Source: Gnetum montanum (taxonomy: Eukaryota; Plantae; Gnetophyta). From it: DNA of 64,000 bases. Shown here in pieces: positions 53,501 through 64,000 of this stretch. Every line of letters begins with the position of its first letter. Positions within the stretch are counted from its first letter, which is position 1. A program made the translations under genes and the position numbers. The DNA is taken from contig MNCI01001083.1 of assembly GCA_015680685.1 (NCBI GenBank), positions 15,629 through 79,628 on the forward strand. Direction: 5' to 3'. Under the pieces are notes generated by a model. It ran no database searches, had not been told where the DNA came from, and was given only the letters and a program-made list of their open reading frames with translations.

Positions 53501-54221
53501 GGCCCCTCTTTGTTGACATCTAGAGGAGTGGCCTACAAAATGTCGATAAAGAATTACAAAACACCACAACAAACATGTCACCAACATCATTTGTTAGCAC
53601 AAGATTGGATGTCATTTTACCCTACTCAAGAGTGTTATAGGAATAAGGTTATGTTAGGGGACAAGGAATATAGGCAATGCTAGGGAGATGAAATTTAAAT
53701 GGTGGGAATGAAATGCAAAAAGTGGATCATGATGTAAGACACAAATTCAGCATGGCTGATGGTAACCATGGCATGAAGTAGCTTTCCCTTGAAATGTTGA
53801 CCTTTCATTAGAGTACTCATTGGAGGATCAAAGTTGATCCAACGATGGGTCAATTGCGAAGCTGCAGTGTTGTTGATTTTTTTTGTGTGAGGCGAACCTT
53901 ATTTTGGTTTGGCTTACTACTAAATGTTAGCTATAAGTTGGCCATCAAGAAGATGGGCTTTTTTTCCTAGGAATGATTCGTGTTACATCCACCTAGGATT
54001 TGACCATGCAACAGAGGTGCCCCATAGGATGAATTGTGTTACATCAACCATGGGTTCAACAGTTGATATGAAGAGAATGTCATGTGTGTCACAGTGTGTA
54101 TGCATTAGAGGAGTGTGAAATCATGAGTATGGAGAGGATGAGAGGATGTTGGGGTGAAGGAATGGATGTGCATAGGTTATAACAAGGATGAGGGGGATGT
54201 GCACTCTTGAGTGGCTCAACC

Positions 54222-54835
54222 AGTCCAACCATGCGCATCAGAACAACGTGTTAACTTGCTGCTACGATGAGATGCACCTTTGCATGACTGCCTCTAAAGC
54301 TTCATCCTGCAAACATAACTAAGAGAGAATAAGAAAACTAAAAAATTTTAAATGCAAGTGCAAATGCTAGATGTGAAGATGCTGCAAGTGCTGGATGTGA
54401 AGATGCTGCAAGTGTCAAATGCTATGCTAGTTGCAAGTGCTCAGAAAGCCAGTGAAAGTGTCAGGGTGATGATGATGTAAGTGTTTTGAATGCCACACTA
54501 ATGGAAAGTGCTCCAAAAGAGTCACCAGAGTCCAACCATGCGCATCAGAACAATGTGCTAACTTGCTACTATGATGAGATGCACCTTTGCACGACTGCCT
54601 CTAAAGCTTCATCCTGCAAACACAACTAAGAGAGAATAAGAAAACTGAAAAATTTGAAATGCAAGTGCAAATGCTAGATGTGAAGATGCTGCAAGTGCTG
54701 GATGTGAAGATGCTGCAAGTGTCAAATGCTATGCTAGATGTAAGTTCTCAGAAAGCCAGTGAAAGTATCAGGGCGATGATGTTGTAAGTGTTTTGAATGC
54801 CACACTAATGGCAAGTGCTCCAAAAGAGTCACCAG
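54222..54835. repeat. Tandem duplication, 2 x 307 bp
   Basis: Units start agtccaaccatgcgcatcag at 54222 and 54529. Confidence 0.92.
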
Positions 54836-55559
54836 AATGATGGGAGGTGATGATGCTGTGAGTGCTCCCAAGGCAATGGCAAGTGTTTCGGATCAAATCA
54901 ACTACATGCCAGTTTAAAGTCCTAGCAAACTATGAACCTAGTTTAAGGTCCTAGCAGACTATGATGTCCTAGTTTATAGTCCTAGTAGACTGTTGGATGC
55001 TAGTTTAATGTCGTACCGGATAGTGGATGTTATGCCAGTTTAATTTCATGACCTAGGGATGAGCTATTGTGCCAGTTTAATGTCATGACCCAAGGACGAG
55101 CTGCGCCAGTTTATAGTCATAGTGGACTGGTGCTTACCCTACTTGTGTAAGGTGTGATGTTGCATGCACAGTCATGTTGTGTGCCTACAAGATCCAACAA
55201 AAATCAACTAGAAAGAAAATAACATCAAGAAACACTTGTCATAAAAAAGGTTAAAATGGATGAATGAAAGGAAAGCAATGCAAAAATTGATAGTTTTAGA
55301 TCATTTTGAGTCGTAGGATAGTTTAAGGCCTTTTCGGGCGATGTGTTTTTGTAGTTTCATGTTTTATAGTTTTTGTTTTTTAACGTTTTCAGATGTAATG
55401 TGTAAACTAAGTGGATGGATGCATAAACAAAGTAAAACAAATATTTGTGCAAAATGAAATGCTTGATCTAAGTAAGTAGGAAAAATGTAAATGTGTAGGC
55501 TAGTGCAATGTAAATGAATGTCAAAAATACATGGCAAGTGGAGGCAAAGGGTAAGCAAG

Positions 55560-58500
55560 CATCTAGCATATTTTTGGCCAAGGGAAGGTCTTGGTCATGT
55601 AGTTTCTTCCTAACCAGGCATGGATTAGGGAGTCTGCAAAGCTTAGTATCCTCTTGGAAGCTATTGGTTGCAACCACTCATTCGAGTGTGTTAGCCTTAG
55701 GCACTTCATTGGTTGTTATAGGTGTACCATCAAGAAACTCTTCTTCTAAAACTTGCACCATGTCTATTTCGTGGATAGTCGAAGAGGAAGCGTTATCACC
55801 ATGGATGATAAATTGACCACCTTTGTACGGAAGGTGGATTTCATGGTGGATGGGAGAGGAGATGGCCCTTAGTTGGGCTAGTCAAGGCCTACCTAGAATC
55901 ATGTTGAAACATGGCATCTCCTCTATAATAGTGAAATCTACGCTAGTGGGGAATTTCTCTCCTGCCACAAAGGCTAAGTTGATTGTACCCCTGACTATGA
56001 CACATGATCCATTGAAGAATTTTAGACATGGGGTTTTGGTTGGCTTGATTTCATCGACCAGGCCTAGCTTGTCGATGAAAAAGTATAAGACTACATTTTT
56101 TACTGCACCATCATTGACATGTACTCTACGAATGGTACATTGTTGAACACGAATGCTAATGGATAGTGGAGCTGTAGTAACCTCTCCTCATTCAGGGTTG
56201 AATTTGACTGCATCATCATGAAAAGATAGAGATGTTGAATCCAATTATTGTGGTGTAGGGGGCAACATGGTTGCATGTATAGATGCCTCATCTACAGGAT
56301 GTCCTCTACAATAGGAATGGAGACCAAGATCTTGGCCAATGCTTGGTAGTGAGTAGATGAGGTCATGGCTAGGTCGTACAAGCTCAACGTTGTGTTCTTT
56401 TGTTTGAGCATTTGTTTCACCTAGGTTAGTGCAGTTGCAAAGTCCTTGTCATTAGCCATTGTGTTGGCCTTGATTTCCTCTATAGAGCTTGAGAGATAAA
56501 TCTCTTGGGAGGGGGACTTGGGCTTGGTTTTCTTGGCCTGCTTGGGGGTAGGGGCCCCAGCCTTCAGTTGTTGTTTGCTAGTTATGGCCTTTTCTTCAGC
56601 TATGGGGGTTGTAAGGTGCTCATTTGTCCTCTTATGTTGCCATTCGGGTGGGACTACCCAGGTTGCTAGTGGGGTTAACCCTTGAAGGAGGAGGGACAGA
56701 GATGTTGCCCACTATTGGGCTTTGGGTAGGTGAGGGGCCAGCACATTGTGGCATCCTTATGACAAATGGTGATTTAGGCAGAGTTGTTGTATGGTCAACT
56801 TGTTGTGGCACCTTGATAATAAAAGCCTGTGTAGAGGTTGTTGTTGCATCATGCCAGTTTAACTTCTTAGTGGACAGTTTCTATGGAACTTTGACCAGAA
56901 AGGTATTGTGGATGCTCGAGGTGGCACTTTGATAACAAAGGGAGCCCTCTTGCTTGTGGAGGTAGAGGGGACCCTTGCCTTGTTGGGAGGCACATGGATC
57001 ACAAAAGGTTGTTGTGTAGGTTTAGACTTACCACCTATGCTAATGGAATTTATGACATAGGAGACATCATCTATGTTGGATTGACTCATCATGTTGATCA
57101 CCAGTTGGCCACGTTCTATCATTCTCTGTAGGTCATCCTGCAAAGCATGACAGTTGTCTATACCATGACCAGCTAGTTGGTGGTAATGATAGTATTGGTC
57201 CATCTTGAAGTGTTGTGGAACTAGGGGCTCGTTTGGTACTACTAAACTGGGGTTCCTTAGTAGTTTGCAGTACTTATCATGCTTTGGTGGGTAATTTCCG
57301 ATACATGTTTACATTGGATTTGCCCATCTTTCAAGAGTTTCTCTAGTAGTTCAAAGTGTTGCACTAGTAGTGGTGTATACTTTGAGAGGTCCTTCCGCTA
57401 AAAGTTGGGTCTTGGGGTAGCCCCTGTCAATGTAGGTGAGTTGGTAGTAGAGTTGATGATTTTGTTAGTTGGGGCTTTTGGCTGCTTAGCTATCGGGCCC
57501 TAGTTGGTTTCTTTTGTGCTTGTGGCTATTGTTATCACTGTTGTGTTTTTCTTACAAGAATGTTGGTTTCTATAGGCCACATAGGCTAGATTATTGCTAG
57601 GTTGCACTACTTCCTCTATGCTTTTTGCTTGGGCAAAGGCTTGGCTAAGAGACTTTGGGGCTAGATAATATGGTTTGGACTTGATGAAGTCATTTACTAC
57701 ACCTTTAAAGAAGGCCAATAGATGTGTCTCCGCTAAGGGTTCATGCATTTCATTCAATGCAACATTCCAATGTTGGAGGAATTTTAGCATGGGTTCTAGA
57801 GGCCCCTTTTTAACTTGCATCAGCTGGTCAAGGGTTTCTTCAGGCTTTAGGTTGTATCTGAAGTGCATTACAAACTTCCTCATGATATCCTTCAAAGAGG
57901 AGATTGAGGCATTAGGTAATGCACGATACCAGTCTAAGGCCTTGCCAGTGAGTGACATGGGGAAGACACGTATGATGGCATGTGGCCAAGCTTGAAGGAG
58001 TAGGCATTCAGAATAGAAATGTGACCAAGTGTGCATTGGGATCCCCTTCACCATTGTACTTGGTGAATTTTAGCAGCTAGACCCTAGTTGGGAGAGTTAG
58101 AGGTGGTATTGTAGGACTTATGGGATCATCTTGATAGAAGTCCCCCGCCTTGATGGTGTCAAAGGAGGTAGCCTTAAGTTGGTTGATCTCCTCTATTAAG
58201 ATTTGGATTAGCTAGAATGCCTGATCCAAGCTTGGGGATGTGCCATCCAATTCCATTAGCTAGGATTGGATTGGTTGCATAGCATAGGGTAGAATTTTTT
58301 GTTGTGGAGTTTTCCAGTTTAACGTCATAGCAGACAGGTGTTGCTAGTTTAACATCATAGTAGACGATTGCTGATGTAGTGGTTGAACAATGGGTGTGGT
58401 GATTAGAGTGGGGCCACACATGGGTGGGCTGGATAGACACCATAGACACCAATGAGATAGGTAGGATGTAGGATGCCTGAGTTGTTTGGGGCTGGGGGGT

Positions 58501-58933
58501 GGCCCTTGCATGAGCATAGTGCTGGGAAAATGCATTAGTTGCTTGCAAGGAAGGATGAATTGGCATGGTCACTATCTTGGAGGGAATGGATGGACCAAAT
58601 TAAGGAGGGGCTGTAATAAGGAGTGGTTGTTGGAAGACGGCATGGAGGGGGCTCTCATGCTTAGAGTGGGCCTCAAACACATCTTCCTCATTCTGTGAGG
58701 CTTCCTCGTAGGTTGTCATTGCATCATGCTTATTTTCACAGATGAGTTGGGACAACAATTGGTGGTAGGACTCCATGAGTAGGATTATTCAAACACGGAG
58801 GGGTTATACTCCCATCCATTCTGCTGGACTCATTCTTAGTCCTGTTTTGCCTCTACATCGAGGTAATCCATTGGTAGTCTTGCTTGGATTTTGGCACAAT
58901 CAAAATTGTATTATTCGTGGCTTAATGAGGCAT
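55560..58933 (-). pseudogene. gag, zinc-knuckle remnant and aspartic protease
   Basis: FPMSLTGKALDWYRALPNASISS (gag); YYHYHQLAGHGIDNC (knuckle); RRVHV..FNMILGRPWL (Tat-type protease). Confidence 0.85.
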
Positions 58934-59200
58934 GCTTTGGCTAGGTTGTGGTATCAAATATGTTAGAAACCAATGTGGAAGGTTGATTTGGATTCATATT
59001 CACAGATCGAGTTTTGAGAGTTGCTAGTTGCAGAAAATGACTAACTCTAAAAATGGTAGAAAATAACTAAGTCTATCAATAGTAGGGAAATGGCCAAGTA
59101 TAGAAATATAGAAAATGGCTAAGTGCAACAATGTAGAGAAAAAAAATGTTAAGTACGAAAATGCTAAAAAAATGCTAAGTATGAAAATGCAGAAAAAAAG

Positions 59201-59217
59201 CCCTCCTTCTAGTGCCA
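59201..59217 (-). promoter_or_regulatory. Primer-binding site, tRNA-Asn
   Basis: Minus strand TGGCACTAGAAGGAGGG differs by one transition from the complement of the plant tRNA-Asn 3' end (TGGCGCTAGAAGGAGGG). Confidence 0.8.
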
Positions 59218-61107
59218 AAAACTATAGTGACTGAAAACGTCGGTGGCTAGAAACACTGAGAGGTTGTTGGGCAAACAGTTTAACCTCGGATCCATGCAAG
59301 GGCCATGTTGGATAAAATAGAAATGGAATGCCTTGAACGATCTAGTCAATCAGATAAGGACTTAACCGGTGTAAAATAACCCTTTTGCAAACAATGATTT
59401 TAAATTGAACGCTTGGTGGAAGAATAAAAGAAAACATAATTTACATAGCAGTAGAAACATGCTAAAGTGCATAACAAGATAGTGGACATGATTAAGCATT
59501 TAACAATGACAAAAAATAAATGTTGTAATAAGATAGAAAGAGAGATTGAATAGAAAGATACACCAACCCAGAAAAGGGGTACAGGTATATAGAGTATATA
59601 ATAGGCATAGTAGGAACGCAATCACAACCTTGGTGGTGTTGGGCTATTTAATCTAGTGCTCACTGTGATAAACTATGCATGTTGGGTCAGTAGTCACAAT
59701 GTACTGCGTGATGTTCCACTGGGCTGCAATGGGGCTGCAATGTATCGTGCAGTGTAGTTGTGCCTCTCTATCGGTGTAGTATGCTCTAGGTCTCGTTCGC
59801 CCACGGAGCCAGGTGCCAAGATGCCAAAATGCCAAAAGCCAAAAAAATGAAAACACCAACTGCCTTGCTAGTGAAGAAATGAAAGCCTACTCCCTTTTTT
59901 CTCTTCTCTCCTCTTTCAAAAGAGGGTGCAAAGGTATTTATAGGGCTAGGGTTAGCCCAAAATGTGAATCAAGTGCCACGTGGTAGTGCAGTGGGTGTTA
60001 CACTGTAGTGTTGCATTGTAGCGCTACACTACGCACTGTAGTGCTGGGTATTGCACTGTAGCACTACGCTATGCACTATAGCACTACGCTACATAACGTA
60101 GTAGGGTGTTACATTGTAGCACTGCACTGCACATTGTAGTGCTACGCTACATAGTGTAGGAGGGTGTAGAAAGTGCCATCGCTTTGACACTTAGAAAAAT
60201 CTGTAGTTGAGATGCTGAGACTTAAAATTTTGTGGTGTTTTAATTATCATTTTGTTCAACTTGAGGACAAGTTTTCATTCAGTCGTGGGGATATGCTGAA
60301 CCATGATTTGTTAAGCTTCGATATCAGACCCACAATATCATATCTGCAATATCAGGTATGCGATATCATGGCCTAGATAATGATATCAGATATACAATAT
60401 CGTGATTCTTGTGTAAGCCTATAAATACACCTTTGGGCACATAGGAAGGGGTGTGTTAGAGTTAGTAGGTGTAATTGTAGATTCTTTTTATTCATTTCTA
60501 GTTCATCTCAACTCTTTTCCTAATGCATGCCCGTAGTGTGATGATTGTAATTGTATGGAACCTTTATTTCGAGTGTGACATACTTGAACATGCACATGAC
60601 CAACAATAAAGATCGAGATTGCTTCATCATTGCAACATTCAATTAGTTTTAATTACTTACTATTATTGTGATTTATTGTTTTCCAAATTAATATTTCTTA
60701 CCCTTCATTTAATATCCCTATTATTAAATGCAAAATGAGTACGACTTAATCACAAACATTTAAGTGTGACTACTTGGTAACTCAGTAGTGTATCTAGGAG
60801 CACTCAAGTGATATACGCTTGGTAATCCCAAAAGTAGTACGCGAGGTTCAAGATGTGTATGGATGATTAAGGACAAATGCTCATCACACTTAGGCTTGCT
60901 TAGATTCTCTTCTCCCACTCTCTTAGCTTAAAACAAAGTTATTTTTCATTGCCTCTAGGAGTAGCACTAGTTTAGGCCCACATCATACACCTCACTCTGG
61001 ACTAAACCATATGTGACAAAGCAAGTACTAGTCCAGGTGGAAAGATAGCGAACTATGATCAATGTGTAAGGATTGAAAATGTTGATGGGTACATAGGTGA
61101 TGGTATA

Positions 61108-64000
61108 TGTAGCGATTGAAAATGTAAGTGGCTAGAAACACTGAGAGGTTTCTAGGAAAATAGTTTAACCTTGGATCCGTGCAAGGGCCATGCTGGATAA
61201 AATGGAAATGGGGCACCTTGAACAACCTGGTTGATCAGACAGGGACTTAATCGGTCCAACTTAACCTTACGTGAATGTTGTTTTGATTGCCAGATACACG
61301 AGGTAAAATCAATAATCAATAAATGCAGGAATGAAGGAAATAATGCCAAACAACGATAATAATAAAGAAATAATTATAATGAACTCAGGTAAGAAACGAC
61401 ACCACATCAAGGTCGAGGGTTCAATTCTTTGCCTTGTTTGAGAGATGTGCAACAAGTTATATAACGTCGAAGGTGCACAGAGAATTCAAGGGTAATTAGA
61501 ATGCTCAGAATGTGCCAACTATGGTCTTGAATGCAAACTTAGAAGCCAATGCAAGATAGTCAACACAAAAAGCCAACCGTAAAAATGCCAACCTAAAAGT
61601 ACTATTGCTAAAAATGCCAACCCAAAGTTGCCAATGCCTTTCAGCATTATTTGTTGGGATATTTATAGGACCAAGAGCAGGTCAGAAATGTGGTTTAGAT
61701 GCCATGTTTCTTGGGCCCGACAAGATGCTGATGTGCCCGTACTGCATACATGTGAAATGCTGATTGTGAACTTGCTACGCTGTAACCATATTATTGAAAT
61801 TGAAGGTGCTAGAATCTAGTGTGCTAACAATGCAAGAAGAAATGGAGTCTCCCCACACCCCCAGGACTACGTATTCCCTATGCTTATGAATAGGGTCAAG
61901 TGTAGCAACAAATTTTGAGGGATGGACTAAGGGGTATGCCAAAGTGAAACAAAGCCCTGATGCCTCTATCAACTTTGCATCACTTACACTATTTGGAACA
62001 TTGAAGTAGTGTAGCTACTTGCTATGTTGTGCTATGCTATGTAGCATAGCACCTTGATGTAGTGTAGCTGCTCACTACGCTATGCTATGCTATGTAGTGT
62101 AGCACAACATAGCTACCAGTTTGAATAGAAAACTTGCGTGGGAGTCAGTAGCTTTTGCCAAAGGCCTTGGCACACATCAGGTTAACCTTTGGAGCATTTT
62201 ATTGATCTGCATCCTTGCAACACTACATAGCATAGCGGACAATGTGACATGCATTTTTGTCAAAATTGTGGTGTTTTGCGAGAAAACTCTTCTTATGGTT
62301 CAAGTGAGAATTGAGACAGGTTAATTTTGGAAACCACAATGCTTTTAAATGTAATCCTTTTGTCAAAACAGCTTGGTAGAGGAGCCTTTATGTGCTTCAA
62401 CCTTGCTATGTTGTACTACACTATATAGCGTAGCATAGTGTAGCACCCTATGTTGCCCAAATTTTGACTTTGCTTTGAATGAGCATCTTGCCAAAACTCA
62501 TATTCGGATACTTGTTTGATTTTTCAAAGGCCTACTATGTTGTGCGACATAGTGTAGTGTAGCAGAATTTTCAACTAGAAAACTTCCTGAATTGTTTTTC
62601 TCATCCCAATCACTCTCGACAACTCCTAGCATGGTTTCTAAGTAGACTGTCAGCTAGGTGAATTATCCAAGTGGGTAGGCCAGAGAGTCCATCGGGCCTG
62701 TCAGCTCTACAGATAGAAAACTTTTTGGACTTGATAGTCTAATCTTAGTGCCTTCATTTCCTTCCAAATGGTCATGAGGCTACACTTGTGGAAATGCTTT
62801 CCTCAGTCCCAAGATCCTCGTGAAGCAAGAGTGCCTTAAAATTTTATGGTGTTTCACTAGCCCCTCTTTGTTGATGTCTCAAGGATGGACCCGAGAGACG
62901 CCGACAAAGAATATCAAACACCATGAAAGATAAGATGCTAACATCGCTCTTTAGTAGTTGTCTAGATGTTGCTTAGCTATGCTTGAGAGTACTAGGATAG
63001 TCATGTAGGGAAGGAGGAAAGGGTGGATCTATGAGGATAGTTTCAGGAAGGGAAAGATGTAACATAGTCTAGTCCCTTGTCAGAGTGCTTGTGAGGGAAT
63101 TGATATGCATGGGCATCTTTCTTTTTTAGGCATCTAACCTCTTATTGGAATGCTTAAAGATGGTCATTGTGAAACAGCTAATGTGCCATTTGTTTTGGGC
63201 ACGTGTTTTTTTTTTTGGGTGAGCTTTTGCTCTTCTACACTTTTCTTTTGTTGTTTTTCCATTTTCATCTACAAACAACCTTGTTCTAGGACAGGTGTTT
63301 GCTCCCGAGGATGAGTTATGTTACATCCATGTGGGGCTTTGACCTGCCTACAAATGCTTCCCATGCAGCAAGTTGCATTACGCACATCATGGACTTTTTC
63401 GTTGAGCATATGGGAGGGCTTTACAAGGATCAGGAAAAAATCGTAAAAGAGGTGTGATAAGGGGAATTTTGGGTGTAAGAAATGAGGGAAAGGAGGTTAA
63501 GGGGGAGGATAGGATGTGCACTTCCAAGTAGCTAAGCTAGTTAGGATGACCACCTTGGAATGATGTAGTGTCTTGCCACCTTAGCGAAACACACCTCTGA
63601 CTAACACCCCTCTGGCATGTACCCTACAAACACAATAGAGAGTAAACCAAAAGAAATAGCCTTCAAGTAAAATGAAGGCAAAGGCCTTTCTTACTTTGGA
63701 CGCTGCTAGAGTAATGGATGTTACTACTAAGGCATTCGACATCTAAACTAGAAAGGCCAGCAACGGTTCTAACAGCATCATTATGGAGGAGTTGGCATTG
63801 AGGAAGCTATGAGTTGCAGCAATGCGGGTGCTTAGGAGTCCCCACCCAAGGCAAACATTATGCAATTTAGTTATAAGGTAAGATGCCTAATAGCTGAATG
63901 TATTTTGGGCATGGGTGATGATAGGGGCTAGAGGATAGCAACTTTGTGGCTAGGACACAATAGTGCTAGGACTCCAGCAGCAAGATTCAACCACGGAAGC
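61108..64000 (-). mobile_element. Related Tat-lineage element: 3' LTR (61108-62856), PPT and 3' region; runs off the window end
   Basis: The first ~150 bp and the tggtgtttca end match the 52484 LTR. PPT AAGAGGGGCTAG on minus; 62857-63630 resembles 53499-54320. Confidence 0.82.

Larger units (their letters stand above)
52484..60242 (-). mobile_element. Tat-lineage non-autonomous element (gag and protease only)
   Basis: Paired LTRs 52484-53498 and 59223-60242, minus-strand PPT AAGAGGGGCCAT at 53499-53510, PBS at 59201-59217. TSD is poorly preserved (gttct/attat). Confidence 0.9.
47491..61064 (+). mobile_element. Athila-like element with gag but no visible pol; carries nested Tat elements
   Basis: 5' LTR 47491-48348, decayed Asp PBS 48350-48367, internal region to 52483 plus 60243-60293 (ttgaggacaag..gggga), 3' LTR from 60294 interrupted at ~61064. 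Confidence 0.85.

Overview
AT-rich, heavily C-to-T-deaminated land-plant nuclear DNA (species not determinable; two assembly gaps). It is almost entirely nested, decayed Ty3/gypsy LTR retrotransposons and I find no intact host gene. Three gypsy groups are recognisable by LTR, PBS and domains. (1) A chromovirus (about 513-bp LTR, tRNA-iMet PBS, gag-PR-RT-RH-INT-chromodomain) in three copies, two of them sharing one LTR. (2) An Athila-like family (TGATGA..TCATCA LTRs, tRNA-Asp PBS, gag but no visible pol) with five LTR copies, including one CpG-rich young copy and a solo LTR with TSD. (3) Tat-lineage elements: a gag-PR-only element with tRNA-Asn PBS, a related element cut by the window end, and a separate RT-RH-aRH-INT block. 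Also present are a decayed PIF1-type helicase, a ~540-bp foldback and a CTP synthase first-exon fragment. The most notable signal is a layout shared by two different gypsy lineages: an intron-containing antisense gene with a Plant Mobile Domain (PMD)-like motif, set back-to-back with the sense retro-ORF and separated from it by a repeat array. A role in anti-silencing is a hypothesis only. All alignments and translations were done by eye.
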